A stretch of 24,217 bases of DNA from Planctomycetales bacterium (GCA_020054355.1 JAGVLI010000732.1:1-24217), one strand, 5' to 3'; positions 8,059 to 16,659 are shown, counted from the first letter of the stretch. Numbers and translations are program-made. The notes: generated from the sequence alone by a model not told the origin.

Positions 8059-9915
8059 ATGGCCAATCCTCTCAAGGACCCCGTTTGCGGCATGAACGTG
8101 CAAGCCACTTCAGGGTGGACTGCTTCTTACAGGGGGGCCGTTTACTACTTCTGCTCGGAGTATTGCCGGCGGTTGTTTGTGGAAAGTCCGGGAAAGTACG
8201 TTGCGCCGAGATCGCCGTCGCTCGGAGCCGAGCTGGACACTTCGCGGCGCATCGCGTACTTCTCCATGGAAGTGGGAGTGGACTCCCGGATGCCCACTTA
8301 TAGCGGCGGGCTCGGAGTGCTGGCGGGCGACACGTTGACATCGGCCGCGGACCTTCGCATCCCGATGGTCGCGGTCAGCTTGCTGCCGGCCAACGGCTAC
8401 TTCGACCAGCAGCTCGACGAGTGGGGCAACCAACGGGAAGCTCCGGTAATCTGGGACCCAGCGGCTCTGGCCCGCAAGCTCCCCACGACGGTGGAAGTCA
8501 TGATCGAAGGCCGGCGGGTGCTTGTCGGTGGCTGGCAATATGACATTGTCGGGGCTACCGGCTACTCGGTGCCGCTGTTCCTTCTCGACTGCCGAGTGGA
8601 CCAGAACACTCCGGCGGACCGGGAATTGACCGCCTGGCTCTATGGCGGCGATTTGCGCTACCGGCTCGCCCAGGAGATCATCCTGGGCCTCGGCGGCCTC
8701 CGCCTGTTGCGGGCCCTGGGATACGCGCAGCTGGAACGGTATCACATGAACGAGGGGCATGCGGCCTTGCTGGTCATCGAACTCCTGCGCGAAAGGGAGA
8801 ACCAGGGGCTGGGCCGGTGGGATTTCAACGGCGTCCGGGCGCAGTGTGTCTTCACTACGCATACCCCCGTCCCCGCCGGCCATGACCAGTTCCCCTACGA
8901 CCTCGTTCATCAGATGCTCGGAGAGCCGGTACCTGGCGACGTCCTGCGCATGCTCGCCGGCACCGATCGATTGAACATGACCTACCTGGCCTTGAACATG
9001 AGCAACCACATCAACGGCGTGGCCAAGAAGCACGGGGAAGTTTCCCAGGCCATGTTCCCCGGTTATGCGATCCATTCCATTACCAACGGTGTCCATGCCG
9101 GGCGCTGGACCGCGGACAGTTTCAAGGCCCTGTTCGATCGCTGCATCCCCGGCTGGGCCAACGACCCGTTCTCTCTGCGGCACGCCGTTGCCATCCCGCG
9201 GGAGGAAATTGGCCAGGCTCATGCGCTGGCCAAGCAAGCCTTGCTTGCCGAAGTACATCGGCGAACAAACGTTGCCCTCGACCCGGAAACGTTTACGATC
9301 GGCTTCGCCCGGCGAGCTACGCAGTACAAGCGGGCGGACTTGCTCTTCACGGACTCCGGACGCCTCCGAGAGATCGTGGCGAACGCCGGCCCGATCCAGA
9401 TTCTCTTCGCGGGGAAGGCCCATCCGCAAGATCAAGGCGGCAAGGAAAGCATCCGGCGAGTGTTCGAGGCCGCGCGCCAGCTGCGAGACAAGGTCGCGAT
9501 CGTGTACCTCGCCAACCACGACATGGCCTTGGCCCAACTGCTTACTGCCGGGGTCGATCTCTGGCTGAACACGCCGCTGCGGCCCCTGGAGGCTTCGGGC
9601 ACCTCCGGCATGAAAGCGGCCCTGAACGGCGTGCCGAGCCTCAGCGTCTTGGACGGCTGGTGGATCGAAGGACACCTGGAGGGGATTACCGGCTGGTCCA
9701 TCGGGCCTGCGTCCGCTAAGTCTCTTCCCCAGGGGGACGTCAATCGGGAAGATGTCGAGGACCTGTACCGTAAGCTCGGCAGCGTCATCGTACCGCTTTA
9801 CTACCGCGACCGAACAGGCTGGGGCGACATCATGCGGCAGACGATTGCACTCAACGCCTCCTTCTTCAACACTCACCGGATGCTTCAGCAATATGCTGCG
9901 AATGCCTACGTTTGA
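8059..9915 (+). CDS. glgP: Alpha-glucan (glycogen/maltodextrin) phosphorylase, short GT35 type, with an N-terminal YHS domain
   Basis: GGAGG precedes the ATG. Residues 1-48 are KDPVCGMNV...YYFCSEYCRRLF (YHS). They are followed by IAYFSME, YSGGLGVLAGD, HMNEGH, FTTHTPVPAGHD, GFARRATQYKR and EASGTSGMKAALNG (PLP lysine). Confidence 0.93.
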   Translation: MANPLKDPVCGMNVQATSGWTASYRGAVYYFCSEYCRRLFVESPGKYVAPRSPSLGAELDTSRRIAYFSMEVGVDSRMPTYSGGLGVLAGDTLTSAADLRIPMVAVSLLPANGYFDQQLDEWGNQREAPVIWDPAALARKLPTTVEVMIEGRRVLVGGWQYDIVGATGYSVPLFLLDCRVDQNTPADRELTAWLYGGDLRYRLAQEIILGLGGLRLLRALGYAQLERYHMNEGHAALLVIELLRERENQGLGRWDFNGVRAQCVFTTHTPVPAGHDQFPYDLVHQMLGEPVPGDVLRMLAGTDRLNMTYLALNMSNHINGVAKKHGEVSQAMFPGYAIHSITNGVHAGRWTADSFKALFDRCIPGWANDPFSLRHAVAIPREEIGQAHALAKQALLAEVHRRTNVALDPETFTIGFARRATQYKRADLLFTDSGRLREIVANAGPIQILFAGKAHPQDQGGKESIRRVFEAARQLRDKVAIVYLANHDMALAQLLTAGVDLWLNTPLRPLEASGTSGMKAALNGVPSLSVLDGWWIEGHLEGITGWSIGPASAKSLPQGDVNREDVEDLYRKLGSVIVPLYYRDRTGWGDIMRQTIALNASFFNTHRMLQQYAANAYV

Positions 9916-10173
9916 TTCAACACCCGCTTCCGGTCGCCACCAGGGCTCAGGCGAAGGGCCGGACGGCGCGGGCCTCGGCTGAAGATTCCGTACATTCTTC
10001 TTGGCAGCTAAATAGCGGTTATAAGCTCTTGGGCCGGGAGAATCTTCCTTGGCCCTGCCTTGGTCCGTCGAGCCTCGGCCGTAATTTTTCCGATGTTACC
10101 AACAACGCTCGGATTCTGGGGCACCGGGTATTTCCGGTGATTTGAAGGAATCGCACCGCGATGGGAGGGACCC

Positions 10174-10746
10174 GTGCAATCGACGGCAAATAAAGCGATC
10201 TTCTGGACAGCGGGAGCGCTGGTGACGGTCCTTGGTGCAGCCGTGACGTGGTTCACCATCGGTGTCCGGGATGCACATGCTTCTCCGTTGGTCGGTTGGG
10301 GCGGAGGTCATGCCTGGAAGAAGCCGGTTTGCAGCTGCGATGGCGAGGACGTGTCTGACACCGTAGGCGGCACCTGGTACTGGCTCCGCAGTCCGGATGA
10401 GGAAAAGCGCGTCATCGCCGGCCTCTATAACCGCTACTGTATTCGCTGTCATGGGGTGGACGGCCGGGGTGTTTGGGACATCCCCGACGTGCCCGACTTT
10501 ACCAACTCCCGCTGGCAGGCTTCGCGCTCCGATGCTCAGCTGGCGCGGCTCACCCTGGAAGGCCGCGGGGCAGTCATGCCGCCGTTCCGCGGGGCGCTGA
10601 GCCTCGAAGAGGCTTGGGGCATGGCCCGTTATTTGCGCACTTTTGTGCCGGGGACCGAAGTGTCGCGCCCTCGGTTTGACGAACCGGGAAAACCCGTCGC
10701 AGCCGAGTTGCCTGCGCCGAAGAAGATCGAGCCCGCCCCAAAGTAG
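10174..10746 (+). CDS. Exported or membrane-anchored monoheme class I (c6-like) cytochrome c
   Basis: GGAGGG precedes a GTG start; N-terminal hydrophobic segment; CIRCH at 10438-10452; probable distal Met in AVMPPF. Confidence 0.88.
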   Translation: MQSTANKAIFWTAGALVTVLGAAVTWFTIGVRDAHASPLVGWGGGHAWKKPVCSCDGEDVSDTVGGTWYWLRSPDEEKRVIAGLYNRYCIRCHGVDGRGVWDIPDVPDFTNSRWQASRSDAQLARLTLEGRGAVMPPFRGALSLEEAWGMARYLRTFVPGTEVSRPRFDEPGKPVAAELPAPKKIEPAPK

Positions 10747-11076
10747 CAATTTGGCCCGGACAGAGGTCCCCGGTCGGATTGTTTCCTGGCGTAGTCCACG
10801 ACGGCGCGCTTGATGCCTGATTCTTTCCGCCATCAACTGCGGCCATTTTCGCAACCGTGTTCGTCTTTTCCCCCTCTCTGGCCTTGCCCAATTTCAAGTG
10901 ACTGTCGATCTTGCCCGTCCCGCTTGCGCCGAGGTGAGCGGGGCCGGGTTTCCACGTTCCCAGAAGAAACACGGCCCACGGCCTATCCTGACTCCTATCG
11001 GAGTTTCCCACGCGGGCCGCGTCGTGAGCAAAACCAGCTTTGCTACTAATCCTCAAACTCCGTCCGACCGATATTA

Positions 11077-11104
11077 TCGACAAGTCCGGAAAGATCGATA
11101 GAAT
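11077..11104 (+). promoter_or_regulatory. Candidate sigma70-type promoter for the beta-barrel/cytochrome genes
   Basis: TCGACA-N16-TAGAAT. The -35 element overlaps the inverted repeat CGATA-T-TATCG (11069-11079). Confidence 0.35.
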
Positions 11105-11245
11105 CGCAATTCTCGCCTGCCGTTCGCGTATCGGTGGCGAATCGTTGCCAGCGCGTTCAGCGGTTGCGCTCTTGCTTCTCCAGAGCAGCTGGAATTGCTG
11201 CGGAGCAGGTTTTCGTTTCCTGGGCTATCTGGCCGGGAGTTCGGT

Positions 11246-12841
11246 ATGCGCATTCTGCCCTCGTTCATCTTGCTGGGGATTGCCATGCTGGCCCTACCCA
11301 GGATGGGTGAAGCCCAATCTCCCAGTACCGTGAGCAATCCCGGCGACGAGGTCGGGGCGCCAGACCACGGTCGGGAAGTATCGCCGGCAGGCGAAGGTCC
11401 GTCTCCTGAGGAACAACTCGTCCGCTTGCAGAAAAACATCGAAGCCTTGCGCGCGGAGCAGGCAGTCGTTCAAGCGGCAGTCCAGCCGGATGACAAGCTG
11501 AAAAAGCAGTTCGATCTCCTGCAGAAGCAGATCGAAACCCAGCAAAAGATGATCGAGCTGCTCTTGGATCACGTGAAGAAGCAGCCGCTGGCCGGTACGC
11601 CAGTCGAAAAGTTGCAAGGCCAGGTCGCCACCGTGCAAGCCCGTTCCAAGCAGGCTGCCCAGCGCGACCAGGAGCTGTCGCAGGCGCTCGACAATGTCGT
11701 CGAGCAGCGGGACGCCGACCAGCGAAACGGGCCGCAACTGCCGGCACCTCTGAAAGAGCTATTCCTGCCCAGCGGAACGAACGAGTCGCCCCTGAGCATC
11801 TATGGCACGCTGGCAACGGGCTATACCCACTTTGAAGGGCGCCATGGGAACTTTGAATTCCCGGATTTCGCCCCATTCTTCCTCTTGCAGCTCAATGATC
11901 GGTTCCTGCTCGAAGCGGAGATCGAATTCGGCGCCGAGGAAGTTGAAGTCTCCCAGGCGCAGGTTGACTTCATCGCCAACGATTGGCTGACCGTGGTCGC
12001 CGGCCGATTCCTGGTTCCCGTGGGATTCTTCAACGAACGGTTGCATGCGAACTGGATCAACAAGCTGCCCGATTTTCCCTTGATATTCCGTCAGGTCACT
12101 CCTGTTAGTGACCTGTCCCTCAACGGCGTCCAGTTGCGCGGCGCCAAGTACCTGGGATGTTGGCCCGTGAAACTTGAATACGCATTGTTCTTTGCCAACG
12201 GCCTCCGCTTGCCAGAAACCGAAGCGCCAGAACTGGCAGAATTGGCAACTCTCGACGAACTGAAGGAAACCTCTCGCGAACTGACCAATGTCTGGGCCTC
12301 CGGCGGGCGCCTGGGCATCTGGCTGCCGGAAATCGGGCTGGTTGCCGGGATTTCCGGGTTTTTCAACGGTCCCTATACGGCGGTAGTCTTCGAAGAGGAC
12401 CCACCCCGCCGGGCCAATGACGACTTCCAGGTTTTGCAAGTCGATGCCGGTTACCACAAGGGCAACTGGGACGTGCGCTTCGAGTATGCCCACATGTTCC
12501 AGGACGCGCGTTCGTTCATCGGCGAGAGGATCGAGCGGCGCGGGCTTTACGCCCAGGTTGCTTATCGGCCGTACCACGCGCAGTGCAAGTACGTGCAAAA
12601 CACCGAGCCGGTGTTCCGCTTCAGCTCCGCCCGATTCAAAGGAATTGATCCGGCAGGTTTGGATATCGGTGCCTTTGCCTCGCCGCTCGATGTCCCGGTC
12701 GACCGCGATCAGTACACCTTCGGCGTCAACTACTATTTCTATCCATCCCTGGTGCTGAAGCTGGCCTACGAGTTCAATCACGAGCGCGGCATCGATCTCA
12801 AGGACAACGTGTTCCTGGCCCAGCTGGCCTGGGGGTTCTAG
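11246..12841 (+). CDS. Putative outer-membrane beta-barrel (porin-like) protein with an N-terminal coiled coil
   Basis: GGGAG precedes the ATG at 11246. A signal peptide (MRILPSFILLGIAMLALP...A) is followed by a Gln/Glu/Lys heptad region, then alternating amphipathic strands (e.g. YTFGVNYYF, VLKLAYEF). It ends LAQLAWGF with a terminal aromatic residue. Confidence 0.75.
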   Translation: MRILPSFILLGIAMLALPRMGEAQSPSTVSNPGDEVGAPDHGREVSPAGEGPSPEEQLVRLQKNIEALRAEQAVVQAAVQPDDKLKKQFDLLQKQIETQQKMIELLLDHVKKQPLAGTPVEKLQGQVATVQARSKQAAQRDQELSQALDNVVEQRDADQRNGPQLPAPLKELFLPSGTNESPLSIYGTLATGYTHFEGRHGNFEFPDFAPFFLLQLNDRFLLEAEIEFGAEEVEVSQAQVDFIANDWLTVVAGRFLVPVGFFNERLHANWINKLPDFPLIFRQVTPVSDLSLNGVQLRGAKYLGCWPVKLEYALFFANGLRLPETEAPELAELATLDELKETSRELTNVWASGGRLGIWLPEIGLVAGISGFFNGPYTAVVFEEDPPRRANDDFQVLQVDAGYHKGNWDVRFEYAHMFQDARSFIGERIERRGLYAQVAYRPYHAQCKYVQNTEPVFRFSSARFKGIDPAGLDIGAFASPLDVPVDRDQYTFGVNYYFYPSLVLKLAYEFNHERGIDLKDNVFLAQLAWGF

Positions 12842-12888
12842 GTGTGCCGCTTGGTGTTACCGGTGCTGCAAGTGAGGAGGACGGAGTC

Positions 12889-13410
12889 ATGCTGACGATT
12901 CGAACCATCGCTGCCGGTGTCATGCTGGCTCCTGCTTTCGGCCTGGCATTCGTGCTCGGCTGCCACAACACGCCGGCGGACACCTCGGATTACGCCCGGG
13001 GCCCGACTCCGCTGCGGACCCCTTCTCCTGCCCGGGAGGGTGAGGAAGGCTGTTGTTACGAATCGTCCCTGACCGGCGGACACATCTTCGAAATGTACTG
13101 CGGCGCCTGTCACAACGCGCGCAGTCTGGCGGAACGTCCCTTTTCGAATTACCAGAACGTTGCTGCCCACATGCGCGTCCGCGCCAACCTCACGGGAGAA
13201 GAATACGCCAAGCTGATGGCCTGGCTGCGCCGCTGGCACGACGTGCCGCCGCCGAATCCGCCGCTCGAGCCGTCGCCCAAGCGATTCATTTTCGCACAGC
13301 CGATCCCGGAACTTCGGGACCAGGCTGCCCCCGCGCCCGCACCCGCTCCGAAAGCGGGGGAGGAAGAAGAGTCTGAAGACCCCCAGCCCCGCGAGTCGGC
13401 CAAACCCTGA
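12889..13410 (+). CDS. Putative lipoprotein monoheme cytochrome c
   Basis: Strong RBS (GAGGAGG...GGAG); signal ending in lipobox-like VLG-C; CGACH at 13099-13113; candidate distal Met in AHMR; Pro/Glu-rich tail. Confidence 0.82.
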   Translation: MLTIRTIAAGVMLAPAFGLAFVLGCHNTPADTSDYARGPTPLRTPSPAREGEEGCCYESSLTGGHIFEMYCGACHNARSLAERPFSNYQNVAAHMRVRANLTGEEYAKLMAWLRRWHDVPPPNPPLEPSPKRFIFAQPIPELRDQAAPAPAPAPKAGEEEESEDPQPRESAKP

Positions 13411-13587
13411 AGCGAATCCACAACACTTCGCGCTCCTGCTGCCTCTTCGAGCGCTCGCTCCCGCTTCAATGTCCCTTTCGGCCAGCATGTGCGGAAGGCG
13501 CACCAGCGCATGTGCGGTTTTCGCTCGCCGCGCCGCGCGCCCTGCTGGAAATCGCTTGATTTCGTGAGCAAGCGAGGGAACGGAAAA

Positions 13588-13603
13588 TGGCACGAGATTT
13601 GAT
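13588..13603 (+). promoter_or_regulatory. Imperfect sigma-54 (-24/-12)-like site upstream of the TIGR03000 gene
   Basis: TGGCACG-AGAT-TTGAT: perfect -24 element and correct spacing, but GA replaces the conserved -12 GC. Confidence 0.3.
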
Positions 13604-13676
13604 GGTATTTCTATCAGGGCAATTGAAAGAGAGGGACAAGAGTTGGCGAACTGGCTGAAGGAAAGGAGGCATCATC

Positions 13677-14324
13677 ATGTACCGGCACCGATTCACAAAT
13701 GCTCGAGTTCTGGCTGTCGCGGCGGCAGCTTTGCTGTTTGCCGCGGGTCCCGCAACTGCCCAGCATGGCCGCGGGCACGTCGCGGTACATCATGGTAGTC
13801 CCCACGTCGCCGTCCATCATGCCAGTCCTCACGTGACTGTGCATCATGCCGGCTACTACCGGCACCCCACGTACTATTACCCCACCGCGCGATATTCCAC
13901 CTGGCGCCCCAGTGTGTACTATCACTACTATTACCCGCGGTACTGGGGTTACTACCCGTCGTTCTTCAACTACGGGAGCTATCCGTATGCGGAGTATGGG
14001 CCGGGGTACAATCCTTACGGTTCGCCGCCGGGTGGTTACCAGGCGTTCTACCCTCCGACAGCTCAGCCTGAGCTGACTGCCCAGGTGGCGGTCCGTGTCC
14101 CGGCCAATGCCGAGGTTTGGTTCAATGGAGCGGCAGCAGCTCAGAAAGGCCCGCTGCGCGAGCTTGTATCGCCGCCGCTGACCCCTGGGCTGGAATTCAA
14201 CTATGAAATCCGTGCCCGCTGGCTGGAAAACGGACGGGAGGTGACCAAGGTGCGGCAGGTCACCGTCCGGGCGGGTGATCGGCTGACAGTCGATCTAACC
14301 TCCGCCACAGCCAAGAAAGGCTGA
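13677..14324 (+). CDS. Exported TIGR03000-domain (planctomycete) protein with His repeats and a Tyr-rich linker
   Basis: GAAAGGAGG RBS and a signal peptide ending ATA-Q. C-terminal VRVPANAEVWFNG...SPPLTPG...YEIRARW...VTVRAG is the pattern recognised for this domain. Confidence 0.85.
   Translation: MYRHRFTNARVLAVAAAALLFAAGPATAQHGRGHVAVHHGSPHVAVHHASPHVTVHHAGYYRHPTYYYPTARYSTWRPSVYYHYYYPRYWGYYPSFFNYGSYPYAEYGPGYNPYGSPPGGYQAFYPPTAQPELTAQVAVRVPANAEVWFNGAAAAQKGPLRELVSPPLTPGLEFNYEIRARWLENGREVTKVRQVTVRAGDRLTVDLTSATAKKG
13776..13853 (+). repeat. Three in-frame 27-bp tandem repeats encoding HV(A/T)VHH(G/A)SP
   Basis: CACGTCGCGGTACATCATGGTAGTCCC / CACGTCGCCGTCCATCATGCCAGTCCT / CACGTGACTGTGCATCATGCCGGC. 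Confidence 0.85.
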
Positions 14325-14366
14325 GTCCGCGAAGAAAAACGCTTCGCTTACCGATTTCCGCCAAAC

Positions 14367-14404
14367 GGGTCGTCAGGAGTCCTTCCTCTGGCGACCCCTT
14401 ATTT
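14367..14404. terminator. Putative terminator hairpin between convergent genes
   Basis: GGGTCGTCAGG...TCTGGCGACCC (about 11-bp stem with G-U pairs) followed by CTTATTT, in the 90-bp gap between two stop codons. Confidence 0.45.
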
Positions 14405-14414
14405 GCCCGGGCGA

Positions 14415-16640
14415 TCAGGGTTTGCGGGGTGGGGCAGACAACTCCTGCAATTGCCTCTGCAATTCACGCCACTGGTCTTGCAATTCTCGGAAACGCTTCT
14501 CAAAATCGCCGGGAGGCGGTTCACTGGTTGCTGGCCGGAATGGGCCGAATGCCCGCACGTAGGCAACCAAGTCTTGTGCCTGTTCCTCGCCCACGCGCCC
14601 GCGGAAGGCAGGCATGAGCGTTCCCTTGCCGTCGAGGATACTCACCGCCAGCTGGGGATTACCGACTCCTTCCTGCCAGGTACGACTGGTGAAATCCTGG
14701 ATCGTCGGCATGCTCGCTTTCAGTTCCAGCCCACGCCCATCCGCGCCGTGACAGATCAGACAATACTGCCGGTACAAGCTGGCGGCCACGCGCATCCGCG
14801 CCGCGGTTTCCGGCGAAGGCCCAGAAGGCGTCTTCGGGCCGGGGATAATCGCCGGCTGTTCCGGGGCGGGCGGCACGACCGGAGGTTGCGGCTCCAACTT
14901 GACAACCTGCTTGCCCTCCTGGAATGCCCGCACGTAAGCGACCATTTTCTCGGCGTCGGCCTTGCCCATCTTGTCCTTCATCGGCAGCATGAACTTGCCT
15001 TTGCCTTCCAAGATGGAGTGCAGCAATTCCTCATCTTTCCGAGAGGCTTGCCACTTGGGATCGGTGAAATCGGACATGTCGGGCATCGCCTTGCGTACAG
15101 TGTTGCCGCGTCCGTCGGCGTCGTGGCAGGCCAGGCAGTAGGCCCGGTAGATTTGTACCGGAGACATCTGGGCCGTGACCGGCCCGGGCGGCGGCGGGAC
15201 AGGTTTAGGCGGCAGGGCTTCACCGCTGCCGACCGCAAAGGCGCGAGTGTAGATCGACAGCGCCAGGATCTGTCGCTCGCCGAGCTTGTTCCGATAGGCC
15301 GGCATCAACGGCTCGTTGCCGTCTTGGATGCGGTGCGTGATCTCCAGGTCGGTCTGGGACATCTGCCAGGTCAGGCTGGTGAAATCAGGGATCGTCGGCA
15401 TGCCTTGCCGAATCTGGCTGCCGGAGCCGTCCACGCCGTGGCAGGCCGCACAGTTCGCGTTGTACAACTTGGCCACGTCGGCCCGCTGCAGAAGACCGGC
15501 TGGTTCGGTCGGCACCGGCGGCTGGACCACGGCGATGGCCGGCTCCCTCATCCGCACATCCGTGGCGATCGCGTAGATGGTCAAGCCGATCAGCCCGATG
15601 GTTCCTCCGCTGAGCAAGCCCAGGGCCAACGGCCGTTTGCGGGGTTTCAGTTGCGGGTTGCGGTCCAGAAACGGCCAGAATAATAGCAGCAGGAAAAACA
15701 GGGTCGGCAGGACAAACGTGCCGACGATCTCGTAGGGGCCTTCGAAGTACCTCAGGAGCTGGAAGAGGAACATGAAGTACCATTCCGGCCGGGCCTCGTA
15801 AGGCTGGGAAGGGTCCGCTTGGGCTTCCAGGGGGGCCGGCTGATAATAGCACCAAACGCCTAGGCCCAGGAGGAACACCAGGGCAAACACGCCGTCTTTC
15901 CAGGCTTGCCTGGGCCAGAACGGTTCTTGCTTGGCTTCCAGCTGAGCGCCGGATTCCCACCAGGAAGGCGTGATGCCGTGCAGTCGGAACAGGTAGAGGT
16001 GGACCACGATCAGAAAGATGATCAGTCCCGGCAGGATGAATGCGTGAATGGTGAAGAAGCGGGTCAGGGTCAGGTTGCCCATCTGCGGCCCACCCTGGAG
16101 CAGACTCCGGATGCTATCGCCGATGACCGGCGTGGTGCTGGCAATACCCAGGCCGACCTTGGTTGCCCAGTATGCTTTCTGGTCCCAGGGGAGAAGGTAG
16201 CCTGTGAAGGACAGGCCCAACACGCAGAACAGCAGCAAGACCCCCACCATCCAGGTGAATTCACGCGGTTTCTTGTACGCTCCCCAGACGAACACCTGGA
16301 TCAGGTGAAACAGCAAGAGGATGACCATGGCGCTGGAGCCCCAGTGGTGCAGCGCCCGGATAAAACCGCCAAGGGGCACTTCTTCCTGGATGTACTTGAC
16401 GCTCGGCCAAGCGGTCTCGACCGAGGGGGCGTAGCACGTGGTCAGGAGAATGCCGGTGATGACCTGCAGCGTGAAGGCGAAAAGGAGCAAGCTGCCGAAA
16501 GCCGCCGTCCAGCGCGAGCCGCCCGGCAGCGGTTCGAGCAGAAGCAGCTGCTTCAGCCGGCTCCAGCCCGTTCGCGATTCCCAGAATCCGGGCTGAGGCT
16601 TTGGTTCGACCGCAGGTTGTTGTTCGTGCTCGTTGTCCAT
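14415..16640 (-). CDS. qcrB: Cytochrome b (b6 + subunit IV-like, unsplit) of a Rieske/cytb complex, fused to three C-terminal cytochrome c domains
   Basis: Heme b His pairs in RALHHWG...FHLIQVF and IHAFILP...VVHLYL; GYLLPWDQKAYWA; Qo motif RPEWYF. CxxCH at 15438-15452, 15123-15137 and 14748-14762. Confidence 0.93.
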   Translation of the reverse strand: MDNEHEQQPAVEPKPQPGFWESRTGWSRLKQLLLLEPLPGGSRWTAAFGSLLLFAFTLQVITGILLTTCYAPSVETAWPSVKYIQEEVPLGGFIRALHHWGSSAMVILLLFHLIQVFVWGAYKKPREFTWMVGVLLLFCVLGLSFTGYLLPWDQKAYWATKVGLGIASTTPVIGDSIRSLLQGGPQMGNLTLTRFFTIHAFILPGLIIFLIVVHLYLFRLHGITPSWWESGAQLEAKQEPFWPRQAWKDGVFALVFLLGLGVWCYYQPAPLEAQADPSQPYEARPEWYFMFLFQLLRYFEGPYEIVGTFVLPTLFFLLLLFWPFLDRNPQLKPRKRPLALGLLSGGTIGLIGLTIYAIATDVRMREPAIAVVQPPVPTEPAGLLQRADVAKLYNANCAACHGVDGSGSQIRQGMPTIPDFTSLTWQMSQTDLEITHRIQDGNEPLMPAYRNKLGERQILALSIYTRAFAVGSGEALPPKPVPPPPGPVTAQMSPVQIYRAYCLACHDADGRGNTVRKAMPDMSDFTDPKWQASRKDEELLHSILEGKGKFMLPMKDKMGKADAEKMVAYVRAFQEGKQVVKLEPQPPVVPPAPEQPAIIPGPKTPSGPSPETAARMRVAASLYRQYCLICHGADGRGLELKASMPTIQDFTSRTWQEGVGNPQLAVSILDGKGTLMPAFRGRVGEEQAQDLVAYVRAFGPFRPATSEPPPGDFEKRFRELQDQWRELQRQLQELSAPPRKP

Positions 16641-16659
16641 GCGTCTGGTCCTGTCTCGA

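Noticed and set aside
3410-9891. Long minus-strand ORFs (3410..4609, 4533..6353, 6477..7199, 7215..7994, 8110..9891)
   Set aside because: They are antisense shadows of cusB, cusA and glgP, expected in high-GC coding DNA, with no recognisable motifs.
10002-10016. TGGCAGC-TAAA-TAGC as a sigma-54 site
   Set aside because: The spacing is right but several consensus positions differ; it is too weak to call.
11135-11148. TGGCGAATCGTTGC as a sigma-54 site
   Set aside because: The GG-to-GC distance is one base short of the strict -24/-12 spacing.
10810-11333. Short ORFs 10810..11049, 10898..11101 and 11040..11333 in the long gap
   Set aside because: They have no convincing RBS or motifs, and one overlaps the beta-barrel gene out of frame.
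10174-13410. Calling the trio an MtrCAB/Pcc-type extracellular electron transfer conduit
   Set aside because: Both cytochromes are monoheme; known conduits use multiheme proteins.
13776-13853. 27-bp repeats as a CRISPR-like array
   Set aside because: The units are contiguous with no spacers, are in frame, and vary mostly at synonymous positions; no cas genes are present.
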